This document shows, piece by piece, positions 15,817-24,930 of a DNA stretch of 24,939 nucleotides; position 1 is the stretch's first letter, and each line of letters starts with the position of its first letter. The stretch spans positions 1 through 24,939 of the forward strand of contig JAQBGU010000147.1 of assembly GCA_032128375.1 (NCBI GenBank), in the 5' to 3' direction. The notes under the pieces were generated by a model, which was given only the letters and a program-made list of their open reading frames with translations, ran no database searches and was not told the DNA's origin. Position numbers and translations under genes: made by a program. The DNA is from Deltaproteobacteria bacterium (GTDB lineage: Bacteria > Myxococcota_A > UBA9160 > SMWR01).

Positions 15817-18800
15817 ATGAGCTTGCCCCGATCCACGACGACAGGGTCTACTCCTTCGACCGCCACGGCCGTATTCGACCGCGTGGCGCCGGTAGCCGAC
15901 TTCCCGGCCGCCGAAGCCGCCGTGCGCCAATTCTGGTGCGACAACGATGTAATCGCTCGTTCGCTCGCAAAGCGGGCGGGTGGGCCGCGCTTCGTCTTTT
16001 ATGAGGGGCCGCCGACCGCGAACGGGCTGCCTCACAATGGCAGCGCGCTGACCCGAGTCATGAAGGATGTCTTTCCGCGCTACAAGACAATGCGCGGGTT
16101 CGACGTGCCGCGCCGAGCCGGATGGGACACACACGGGCTGGCGGTCGAGATCGAAGTCGAGAAAGAACTGCGCATCTCGGGTAAGGACGCGATAGTCGAA
16201 TACGGTGTCGAGCCGTTCGTAAAGCGCTGCTTCGAGAACGTCTTCCGCTACACCGAGCAATGGCAGCAGTTCACCGAGAAGCTGGGATTCTGGTTGGACC
16301 TCGAAAACGCGTACGTGACGTATCACGAGAGCTATGTCGAGAGCGTCTGGTGGGCACTGTCGGAACTGTTCAAGAAAGACCTGCTGTACCGCGGACACAA
16401 AGTGGTCTGGTGGTGGGCGCAGGGCGGCACGGTGTTGTCGGCCGCCGAGGTAGGCGAGGGCTACAAGACGGTCGATGATCCATCAGTCTACGTGAAGTTT
16501 CCACTGCGAGATGATCCGGAGACGGCACTGTTGGTCTGGACGACCACCCCGTGGACGCTGCCGTCCAATTCATTGGCGGCCGTCAAGGCAGACGTCGACT
16601 ACGCGGTCGTTCGCGACGGCGCCGGCCGTTTGATCGTAGCTGAGGCGTTGCTACCGGTACTGCGCAAAAAGACACACAGCGCGCTCGAAGTGGAGCGCAC
16701 GCTTGGCGGCAGCGAACTGATCGGTCAGCGCTACGCGCCGCCGTTCGACTGGTTCCAGCGCTTGCATCCAGACGTCGACTTCTGGCGCGTCATCGGCGCG
16801 GACTTCGTCGAACTCGATGCAGGTACCGGAGTCGTCCACATTGCGCCCGCGTTCGGAGAGATCGACTTCGACTTGCTGCGTGTCGAGAAGCAACAGAACC
16901 CCGAGCTTCCGCTGCTCAATGCCGTACGTCCGGATGGGACCTTCGACCCGGAGTTCGCCGACGATACGGTTGCGGGGCGTTGGGTGAAAGATTGCGATCG
17001 CGACCTCACGCGCGCGCTGAAGGATCGCGGCCTGTTGTGGCACGCCGAGAAGATTCGTCACGACTACCCGTACTGCAGCCGGTCCGACAACGATCCGTTG
17101 ATTCAATACGCGCGACCCGCCTGGTATGTCCGGACGTCGGCGCACATCGACAAGTGCGTCGCGAACAACGCGAAGATCAACTGGCTTCCGGAGACGATCC
17201 GCGACGGGCGCTTCGGCGACTTTCTGCGCAACAACGTAGATTGGGCGCTGTCGCGCGAGCGCTTTTGGGGCACGCCATTGAATATCTGGATCAATGACGA
17301 AACGGGTGCGATGGATACCCCTGCATCGGTGGCCGAGATTCTCGAGCGCAACCCGAAAGCATTCGAAGCCTTCGAACGGGCCAGGCAAAGAGATCCCGAC
17401 CTGTCGCCTCACCTGCGGGTACACAAGCCTTGGATCGACGACGTAACGTTTACGAAACCCGGCGAGGCCGGAGTGTACCGTCGCGTGAGCGAGGTGATCG
17501 ACGCCTGGTTTGATTCCGGCGCGATGCCGTTTGCGCAATGGGGCTACCCGCATCGCGGCAAGGAAGATTTTGAAAGGAACTTTCCGGCGGACTTCATCTC
17601 TGAGGCAATCGACCAGACGCGCGGCTGGTTCAATTCCCTGATCTGGATTTCGACACTGCTGTTCGACGAACAGGAACTGCCACATCCGTACAAGACCTCG
17701 GTGGTGCTGGGCCATGTCGCGGATCGATTCGGCAAGAAGGAATCGAAGAGCAAGGGCAACTACACCCCACCCGAGATCGTGCTGGATCGGGTACGCCTCG
17801 AGTTCGCTGTCGTCGATTCCATTGGCGAGGGTTCAGTTCACCTCGCAGAACCGCTCGAGCCCGGAACCGCCGCAATCGCGCGTGAGGATTACGAAGGTCT
17901 CGATCTGCGCGGCGAGGCCGCGAAGGTCGTTGCATACCGCAACGATCGTCCAGGCGAGACATTCGAGTTGAAGCTGCGACCCGATGCGGGGCTCGGTCGC
18001 CGGGTGATTGTGATCGGTTCCGATGGCCGCTCGGCGCTCGGCGTTGCGCCCGCTGCAAACCCAACCGAGATCATGCCGCGCGAAGTTCCGGACATGCCGG
18101 ACGTCAACAAGGTCTGGATCGAGGATCCGAGCGCGTCCGCACCGGGTGCGGATGCGTTCCGCTGGTTTTTCTACGCGTCGAATCCGCCGTGGAACCCGAC
18201 GCGTCATTCACTGAGTGGCGTCCGCACCCAACAGCGCGAGCTGCCGCTGAAGCTACGCAACATCTATGCGTTCTTTACGCTGTATGCGGGGATCGATGGC
18301 TTCGATCCCTCGCGAGACGATTGTAGAAAGGGCCGCCGCGCCGTCGGCGAACGGGCACTGATCGATCGTTGGATCTTGTCCGAACTCGCGCTGACCAACG
18401 CCGAAGTGATTCGCGCGATGGACGGCTTCCGGGTCTACGACGCAGCAAACGCGCTGACCACGCTGGTCGATGCGCTGTCGAACTGGTACGTGCGCCGCTG
18501 TCGGCGGCGCTTCTGGGCAGCTGGGCTGGATGCCGACAAGCTCGACGTGCACTGGACGTTGTACGAATGCCTGGTCACGCTCGCGAAGCTGCTGGCACCA
18601 TTTCTGCCGTTTGCGAGCGAGGAGATGTGGCAGAACCTGGTCCGCAAGCCGTATCCGAAATCGGATGACGAGAGCGTCCACTTCTGCGATTACCCGGAAC
18701 CCGATGAGCAAGCCATCGACCGATCACTCTCACAATCGATGGCCGCCGTGCGAGATCTCGTTTCGCTCGGACTGCAGGTGCGAACCGCGCAGAAGTTGCG

Positions 18801-19476
18801 CGTCCGCCAACCGCTTCAGACGCTAGAACTCGTACTGGCGGCTCCCGATCTCGAACAGGCATTGCGCGAGCAGTCGGATCTGATTCGAGATGAATTGAAC
18901 GTGCGCGAGGTGAACTTTGTGCCGAACGCGGACGAGTATGTGACCTACACCGTCCGGCCGAACTTTCGGGCTCTCGGCCCCCGCGTAGGCAAGCGGATGC
19001 CGGCGCTCCAAAAGGCTCTGGCCGAAACCGACGGTGCAGCGCTGCTCGCGCAACTCGAAGCCGATGGTGAGGTGACGCTTTCGATCGATGGCGCGGATCT
19101 GGTGCTGGGACCCGATGAGATCGGGGTTGCACTCGAAGCCCGCGAAGGTTTCGCGGCAGCTTCGGGGCCGGTCGGCGTCGTAATTCTGGGCACCACGCTG
19201 ACTCCGGAGCTGATCTCGGAAGGCTTGTATCGCGAAGTTCTCAACCGGGTCCAGGCGCTGCGCAAGGAACTCGATCTCGAGTACACCGATCGAATTCGAC
19301 TGACGCTCTCCGCCTCAGAAACGCTTCTCGACGCGATGAGGTCCCGCATCGACGAGTTCAGCCTGGAAACGTTGGCCGTAGAAGTGACGCTCGGCGCTGA
19401 TCCGATCGACGCTGCGCATACAAGCGATGTGAGTATCGATGGAGAGGCACTGACATTCGGACTAACGCTCGCTTAG
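15817..19476 (+). CDS. ileS: Isoleucyl-tRNA synthetase, type 2 (eukaryote/archaea-like), with internal insertion
   Basis: FYEGPPTANG, GWDTHGL, WTTTPWTLPSN, GTGVVH, DWALSR.RFWGTP, DAWFDSG, EAIDQTRGWF, SNWYVRR; type-2 C-terminal extension with no FPG zinc finger. Start is 15808 or 15817. Confidence 0.96.
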   Translation: MSLPRSTTTGSTPSTATAVFDRVAPVADFPAAEAAVRQFWCDNDVIARSLAKRAGGPRFVFYEGPPTANGLPHNGSALTRVMKDVFPRYKTMRGFDVPRRAGWDTHGLAVEIEVEKELRISGKDAIVEYGVEPFVKRCFENVFRYTEQWQQFTEKLGFWLDLENAYVTYHESYVESVWWALSELFKKDLLYRGHKVVWWWAQGGTVLSAAEVGEGYKTVDDPSVYVKFPLRDDPETALLVWTTTPWTLPSNSLAAVKADVDYAVVRDGAGRLIVAEALLPVLRKKTHSALEVERTLGGSELIGQRYAPPFDWFQRLHPDVDFWRVIGADFVELDAGTGVVHIAPAFGEIDFDLLRVEKQQNPELPLLNAVRPDGTFDPEFADDTVAGRWVKDCDRDLTRALKDRGLLWHAEKIRHDYPYCSRSDNDPLIQYARPAWYVRTSAHIDKCVANNAKINWLPETIRDGRFGDFLRNNVDWALSRERFWGTPLNIWINDETGAMDTPASVAEILERNPKAFEAFERARQRDPDLSPHLRVHKPWIDDVTFTKPGEAGVYRRVSEVIDAWFDSGAMPFAQWGYPHRGKEDFERNFPADFISEAIDQTRGWFNSLIWISTLLFDEQELPHPYKTSVVLGHVADRFGKKESKSKGNYTPPEIVLDRVRLEFAVVDSIGEGSVHLAEPLEPGTAAIAREDYEGLDLRGEAAKVVAYRNDRPGETFELKLRPDAGLGRRVIVIGSDGRSALGVAPAANPTEIMPREVPDMPDVNKVWIEDPSASAPGADAFRWFFYASNPPWNPTRHSLSGVRTQQRELPLKLRNIYAFFTLYAGIDGFDPSRDDCRKGRRAVGERALIDRWILSELALTNAEVIRAMDGFRVYDAANALTTLVDALSNWYVRRCRRRFWAAGLDADKLDVHWTLYECLVTLAKLLAPFLPFASEEMWQNLVRKPYPKSDDESVHFCDYPEPDEQAIDRSLSQSMAAVRDLVSLGLQVRTAQKLRVRQPLQTLELVLAAPDLEQALREQSDLIRDELNVREVNFVPNADEYVTYTVRPNFRALGPRVGKRMPALQKALAETDGAALLAQLEADGEVTLSIDGADLVLGPDEIGVALEAREGFAAASGPVGVVILGTTLTPELISEGLYREVLNRVQALRKELDLEYTDRIRLTLSASETLLDAMRSRIDEFSLETLAVEVTLGADPIDAAHTSDVSIDGEALTFGLTLA

Positions 19477-19503
19477 TCCGCCAGAGCGGATCCAGGTTTT
19501 AGT

Positions 19504-20268
19504 ATGCGATTTCGTCCCTGTATCGATCTACATGATGGTCTCGTCAAGCAGATCATCGGTTCGACGCTGCGCGAGGGAGACGCGCCGGAGACGAACTTCT
19601 CGACCGACGTTTCCGCGTCGCATTTCGCGGAGATGTTCCGGCGTGACGGCCTCGACGGCGGGCATGTGATCATGCTCGGTCCAAATAACGAGCGCGCGGC
19701 GCAAAGCGCATTAGAGGCGTTTCCGGGCGGCCTGCAGATCGGTGGCGGCATCACCCCGAACAATGCCGCCGCTTGGCTGGAGCGCGGCGCAGCGGCCGTG
19801 ATCGCGACTTCCTACCTGTTCGAGCAAGGTGCGTTCTCTTGGGCGAGGCTCGCGGCGCTCGAAACCGAGGTCGGTCGCGAGCGTCTGGTGGTGGATTTGA
19901 GTTGCTCGCCGAGCGGAGATCGCTACGTCGTGATGGCCGATCGCTGGCGAACTGAGACCGATCTCGAAGTTGCAGGCGAATCGCTCGATGCGCTCGCAGC
20001 GCACTGTTGTGAGTTTCTGATTCACGCCGTCGCAGTAGAAGGAAAGCAGTCAGGACCGGATTCGGCCCTCATCGCGCGGCTGGCCGATTCCCCTCTGCCA
20101 ACCACCTATGCAGGCGGAATCCGTAGCCTCACTGACATCGAGCACCTCGAAAGCCTGTCGCGCGGCCGGCTGGATTTCACGGTAGGAAGTGCGCTCGATC
20201 TGTTCGGTGGTGATCTGCGCTATCGCGACTTGGCGCGCTTCGGCCGCTCTCGCGAAGCGCGACACTGA
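19504..20268 (+). CDS. hisA: ProFAR isomerase, eukaryotic His6-type
   Basis: FRPCIDLH.G.VKQIIGSTL, GGHVIMLG, LQIGGGI, EFLIHA..VEG, TYAGG, TVGSALDLFGG. Confidence 0.93.
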   Translation: MRFRPCIDLHDGLVKQIIGSTLREGDAPETNFSTDVSASHFAEMFRRDGLDGGHVIMLGPNNERAAQSALEAFPGGLQIGGGITPNNAAAWLERGAAAVIATSYLFEQGAFSWARLAALETEVGRERLVVDLSCSPSGDRYVVMADRWRTETDLEVAGESLDALAAHCCEFLIHAVAVEGKQSGPDSALIARLADSPLPTTYAGGIRSLTDIEHLESLSRGRLDFTVGSALDLFGGDLRYRDLARFGRSREARH

Positions 20269-20323
20269 ATCCTGCGATGAACGAGTCTGCGAAGCGCGAC
20301 GCGACGAGAGTGGCGGGCGAGCG

Positions 20324-21052
20324 CTGTCCGACCTAACCGATCCAATCGGCCTGGCGATCGCGTTCGCGGTCGTGCTGTTCGGTTCCGCGGTGCAGGGTGC
20401 CGCGGGTTTCGGTCTCGGTCTGATCGCCGCGCCGATCTTGTTGTTGCTCGACCCGCGTTGGGTGCCCGGCCCGCTGATGGCTGCGGGCTTCGGACTCACG
20501 ATCCTGGTTGCGTATCGGGAGCGGGCCGACATCGATATGATGGGCCTGCGCTTCGCATTCGTCGGGCGCACGATCGGCACAGTGGCGGCTGCGCTGCTGT
20601 TGACGGCGCTGTCCGCCAAAGCGTTCGACGTGGTTTTTGGCGGTCTCGTGCTGCTCGGCGTCGGGCTCAGCCTGTTGGGTACGAGGATCTCCCCGACACC
20701 CGGCCACGCTGTTTCTGCCGGTCTGCTTTCGGGCTTCATGGGGACGATCTCGTCGATTGGGGGCCCGCCGCTGGCGCTGCTCTACCAGCGAGAGGGAGGC
20801 CCCCGATTGCGCGCGACGCTGGCTGCGCTGTTCGTGACCGGTAACGCAATTTCTATCGCGGCGCTGGCATGGATCGGGCGTTTCGGGGTGGTCGAAATTG
20901 GGCTCAGCGGTTTGCTGTTTCCGGCGGCTCTACTCGGGTTTGCCGCCGCGGGCTGGTTGCGCTCTGTGGTGGACCGCGCAGGTGTGAGACCGCTGGTGCT
21001 GGCGTTGTCGGCGGCGTCGGCGACTGCGGTACTGGTAAAGGCGCTCGGCTGA
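20324..21052 (+). CDS. TauE/SafE family membrane protein
   Basis: QGAAGFGLGLIAAP, SGFMGTISSIGGPP, LRATLA; start codon uncertain. Confidence 0.85.
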   Translation: MSDLTDPIGLAIAFAVVLFGSAVQGAAGFGLGLIAAPILLLLDPRWVPGPLMAAGFGLTILVAYRERADIDMMGLRFAFVGRTIGTVAAALLLTALSAKAFDVVFGGLVLLGVGLSLLGTRISPTPGHAVSAGLLSGFMGTISSIGGPPLALLYQREGGPRLRATLAALFVTGNAISIAALAWIGRFGVVEIGLSGLLFPAALLGFAAAGWLRSVVDRAGVRPLVLALSAASATAVLVKALG

Positions 21053-21121
21053 GTTGTTGCGCGCAAGGTGGTCGACGTGCCATCAAGCCCGCGAACCGAC
21101 GCGTCGATAACGCGGACTGCG

Positions 21122-21514
21122 ATGAGTGACACAATTTCCGCAGCTTCCGCGCAACCCGACGCGCGCCGCATAGGGACAGCCGAGCATTTTCGCTGGCTCG
21201 GAAGCATCGTCAAGGTCGTACTGGCGCTGAACCTGCTGGACGCGATCTTTACGATGGTGTGGGTGACAGCGGGGCTGGCCAACGAGGCGAACCCGCTACT
21301 CGCAACCTTGGTCCGAGATCATCCGCTGGTGTTCACTGTCGTGAAGCTCAGTCTGGTCGGCGGGGGATCGTGGCTGTTGTGGCAGCACCGGCAGCGTCCG
21401 CTCGCGGTTGTCGGCATCTTTCTGGTTTTTCTCACCTACTACTTCCTGCTGCTGCTCCACGTCGGCTATCTGAGTCTGATCTTGGGGACGCTGCTGTTTC
21501 CGCAGTTGAAATAG
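21122..21514 (+). CDS. Small membrane protein, DUF5658-like
   Basis: LNLLDAIFT...EANPL...VKL pattern with 3-4 TM segments. Confidence 0.75.
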   Translation: MSDTISAASAQPDARRIGTAEHFRWLGSIVKVVLALNLLDAIFTMVWVTAGLANEANPLLATLVRDHPLVFTVVKLSLVGGGSWLLWQHRQRPLAVVGIFLVFLTYYFLLLLHVGYLSLILGTLLFPQLK

Positions 21515-21839
21515 CCGATTCTTCCAGCACGCACTCTACCATCCAGGTCGCGAGGCCAGCTCCGCGATGCGGTTCGGTGACAAACACGTCGGCCAGGTAT
21601 CCGAATGTCGCGTAGTCGCTGACGACGCGGGCGAAGCCAACCGGCTCGCGTTCGGCGGCTGACCCACCGCTCGACACACCATCGCGAAACAATCCGAAGC
21701 ACAGCGAGCCTCGACACGCTCGCTCTACGACCTCGAGTGGGATCCCGTCCGCCCAGTACGACGTGGATAGGAAGGCGTGGATGAAGTCGAGGTCGAGATC
21801 CTCGAATCGCGTGGTTGTGTGGTATGGGGGGCGGTTCAA
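21515..21839 (-). pseudogene. C-terminally truncated GNAT N-acetyltransferase
   Basis: GGAGG + TTG start; IHAFLSTSYWA.GIP...SLCFG, GFARVVSDYATFGYLADVFV...HRG.GLA. The usual LRRxxLATxDAHxLYxxFGF tail is missing and the frame reads into the antisense of the neighbouring gene (stop at 21432). Confidence 0.75.
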
Positions 21840-21969
21840 TCGGCCTCCGTGTTCGCCCGGGCAGGTGGATTCTGACGGGGAGGGGAACCCTGGCGCAACC
21901 CGACGATCGAGGTCGTCTCGCGCAGCGCCGGGACGATCCGCGGACGCCTGGGTGCTGGTAGTGGCCCAC

Positions 21970-22420
21970 ATGAGCTACGCGAATGACCGATCTGCTTTGG
22001 ATAGCCACCTCATGCTCAAGCCGGACTTTCTCGAGAAGCACGCCGACCCGGGCATTCGCGAGGCACTGCGGATCGACGGCGGAGAAAAACGGCGGCCCCA
22101 AGTTCAAGCGATGGTTCGACAGAATGATCGACGGTGTCGAGGCGCGCAGAGCCGATCCTGAGCAGACGGCCGCACTCGAACACAGTGTGATCGCATCTGC
22201 CAAGGGTTGGTCGGCGCACGGCGCGGTGTTCTCGTCGGACTACCCGCACCCAGAAGGCGGACGTGACCCGATCAAGCGCTTCGAGGCTTCATTCGATCAG
22301 GCGCAAGTCGGTGCCGCCGCGCGCGAACGATTCTACTCGGAGAACTTCAATGCCATGATGGGCGTGGCGGGTAGAGGCGGAGCGCGCTCAAATGACGCGC
22401 AGCGGCGAAAGCGCCACTAG
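21970..22420 (+). pseudogene. Amidohydrolase_2 family remnant (frameshift plus large internal deletion)
   Basis: N-terminal MSYANDR..DSHLM..PDFLEKHADP is in one frame; after ~22085 another frame gives KGWSAHGA joined directly to VFSSDYPHPEGGRDPIKRFE...FYSENF. Confidence 0.75.
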
Positions 22421-23271
22421 CTGCGCAGTGTGACTGCCGCGTTCGAAATGATGATCGCGTCGCGCTCCTTCGAGTAGGCCTCGAGGAGGATCTGGTGGCC
22501 TTCTCGCCAGTAGCGGGTCATGTACGTCTCGCCCGGGAAACCCACGCCCCGGAAGCGCGCCTGGTAGCGGGAAACCTTGGTGACGTCACCGCCTAGCGCT
22601 CCATCGACGACCGCCTTGCAGACGATGCCGTATGAACACAGGCCGTGGATGATCGGAATGTCGAAACCGGCGCTCTTCGCGAAATCGGGATCACAGTGCA
22701 GTGGGTTCTTGTCGCCGTTGAGGCGATACAACAGCGCTTGCTGCGGCAGCGTCGGTGATTCGATGATGCCGTCCGGTTCGCGGTCGGGCGCTTCGTTGCC
22801 GACCTTGGGACCAGCAGGACCGCCGAATCCGCCTTCGCCGCGCAAGAACAGCGACATCCGATTCGTGTACATCGGCGCACCGCTTTCGTCCTTCGTGGCG
22901 ATCTCCATGATCATCAGCGCGGCCTTGCCCTTGTCGAAGATGTCGGCGATCCGTGCCGAACTGGTCACCTTCGCCTCGGGAGGAAGCGGCTGATGGATTT
23001 CTACGTCTTGTTCGCCGTGGAGCATGAGCGCCGGGTTGAACTCCAAGCCGGGCGTTCCGAAGATGTTCGCGCCGCCTCCGGCGTTCACGACGGTGGGGAA
23101 ACTCGGCAGCACCTTCAGGTTCTTTTCGTAGGTGTACTCGAGTTCGCCGGGGTCGGTTTGCGGGTTTCCGGCACCCACTCCCAGCGCGTACAAGATGGCA
23201 TCGTCTTTCTTCCAGCCGCCAGAGCCTTCGGGGAACTCTTGGCTCATTGCGAGATCTCGATCGATGGGCAT
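22417..23271 (-). CDS. MaoC-like (R)-specific enoyl-CoA hydratase 2, double hot-dog fold
   Basis: ILYALGVGA, LHGEQ, hydratase-2 motif YRLNGDKNPLHCDP..A...GF..PIIHGLC. Confidence 0.92.
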   Translation of the reverse strand: MPIDRDLAMSQEFPEGSGGWKKDDAILYALGVGAGNPQTDPGELEYTYEKNLKVLPSFPTVVNAGGGANIFGTPGLEFNPALMLHGEQDVEIHQPLPPEAKVTSSARIADIFDKGKAALMIMEIATKDESGAPMYTNRMSLFLRGEGGFGGPAGPKVGNEAPDREPDGIIESPTLPQQALLYRLNGDKNPLHCDPDFAKSAGFDIPIIHGLCSYGIVCKAVVDGALGGDVTKVSRYQARFRGVGFPGETYMTRYWREGHQILLEAYSKERDAIIISNAAVTLRS

Positions 23272-23549
23272 GATTTTCTCCTGGTTTTTCCGCCGGTTCG
23301 CGCGCGCGGCCGGTCGGAAAGCGGCTCGACGCCAAAACAACGCAACGCGCGGCGGTCTTTTGGAATTCTGGATTGGGGTCGATCCCCTAGGGTTGTGCGT
23401 TCACCGCGTCGCGACGAAAGCTTCCAGGTCTCGCCGGGCCCAGAACGGGTCGAACTCTTCGCTCGACCAGGCTGGGCCCAGGCTGAGTGTTCGCACTGTA
23501 GCCGAGATGGCGGCGGAAGCCGTGCCGGGCTCGCTTGGCTGTGCGAAGG

Positions 23550-24845
23550 CTACTCGGTGATTTCGCCCGCCTCGAAGAGTTTCAGAAACGCATCGACGAT
23601 TTCCGGATCGAACTGCGTGCCCGCCCCGTCGCGGATTTCCTTGGCCGCGGTGTCGAAGGACAGCGCAACCTGGTAGCTGGTATCGCTCGTCATCGAGTCG
23701 AACGCGTCGCAGATGGACATCACCCGGGCTTCCAACGGGATCTCGCTAGCCACTAGCCCGTCGGGATAACCGCTTCCGTCGTACCACTCGTGGTGGCTTT
23801 GAACGATCGGCGCCAGATCCTCCCAGAGCCGAATTCGAGCCAACATGCGCGCGCCGATCGCCGTGTGCTTTTCGCACGCGGTGGGCGACTTCTGCAGCGT
23901 ACGGTCGAACTTCAGCATGCCGATATCGTGCAGGCGAGACGCGAAGTGCAGGTTCTGGAGCTGCTTCGAATCCCAATCCAGTGAACGACCGATCCGGTTT
24001 GCGATCTGCGCGACGCGGTTGCCGTGACCGCCGTGGTACCCGAGGTGTGCATCGAGTGCGTAGACGAGGATCTCGGTGATGTGCGAAAAAAAGTTGCGCT
24101 GCAGATCGCGCAGGTCGGCGTTGCGCATCGCGACCGCGGTCATCGACGCGAGTGTGTTGAGCGCATCGACCTGCGCAGGTTCGAACGGCAGGTCTGACCC
24201 ACCGCGAACCACCGCGAGAACGCCGATCGGCCCCTGTTCGCCGAGTAGCGGCAGTAGCAAGCTGGGGGGGCGATCGTCGATGGCGGTGTGCATGGCACTC
24301 ATGAAAGCCGGCTGACCGTTCTCGATCACCCAATCGGCCTGCGCCAGCAGGTGAGCGCTTGCGGCCTGAAAGTATCTTTCGGCCTCCCTTCCGGCGCTCT
24401 CGAAGAGTTCGGGCGGCAGGTCGACGTCCTTGCCTCGAACCAACAGATACGCGGCCCGCGCATCGCTGAGTTCGACCGCGCATGCGACCGAACAGGCCGC
24501 GATCTCGACTGCGTGTCCCGCCCCCGTCATCGTGTGAGAGCTCTCGAGTAGCGAGGCCAGCCGGCGATTGTCACGATCGATCCGACCGAGTGTATCTGCG
24601 GTCGACCGCCGCAAGACCAGGTAGGCCAGAAAGGACAAGATCGCGATCGAACAAACTGTCGCGATCAACCCGATCGCGGCCAGAGAATCCGATAGGGTCG
24701 GCAGCACGTACCCCTGGATCACGACCGCCAGCGCTACGAGCGGTACGATTGCACCCAGGAAATAGGCAATGAAGACAGATCGATCGAACCTCTGGGAAAA
24801 GATCGAACCACGATTCGAACCGGTCTCCACGCCGCCTCCGTTCAT
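23550..24845 (-). CDS. Membrane-anchored GAF + HD-GYP domain phosphodiesterase
   Basis: Two N-terminal TM helices, GAF-like region, H..RVA, LHDIG, HHEWYDGSGYPDGL, CDAFDSMTSD, GTQFDP. Start uncertain (24830-24893). Confidence 0.9.
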   Translation of the reverse strand: MNGGGVETGSNRGSIFSQRFDRSVFIAYFLGAIVPLVALAVVIQGYVLPTLSDSLAAIGLIATVCSIAILSFLAYLVLRRSTADTLGRIDRDNRRLASLLESSHTMTGAGHAVEIAACSVACAVELSDARAAYLLVRGKDVDLPPELFESAGREAERYFQAASAHLLAQADWVIENGQPAFMSAMHTAIDDRPPSLLLPLLGEQGPIGVLAVVRGGSDLPFEPAQVDALNTLASMTAVAMRNADLRDLQRNFFSHITEILVYALDAHLGYHGGHGNRVAQIANRIGRSLDWDSKQLQNLHFASRLHDIGMLKFDRTLQKSPTACEKHTAIGARMLARIRLWEDLAPIVQSHHEWYDGSGYPDGLVASEIPLEARVMSICDAFDSMTSDTSYQVALSFDTAAKEIRDGAGTQFDPEIVDAFLKLFEAGEITE

Positions 24846-24914
24846 CCCCGAAAACGCACCGGTGATTCGTCCAGCATCGGCAAGTTTGTCCACTGTCTGA
24901 AGTCAATTCCCAGC

Positions 24915-24930
24915 GGGGGGGGGGGGGGGG
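24915..24930. other. Poly-G run at contig end, probable sequencing artefact
   Basis: 16 consecutive G within 25 nt of the end. Confidence 0.7.

Noticed and set aside
15714..15944. N-terminal extension of PqqB (375-aa ORF)
   Set aside because: It overlaps ileS; PqqB homology starts at LKVRILGS, with an RBS before TTG 15713.
17794..18144. IleRS insertion as an intein
   Set aside because: No N-terminal Cys/Ser block, no His-Asn end followed by C/S/T, and no LAGLIDADG motif.
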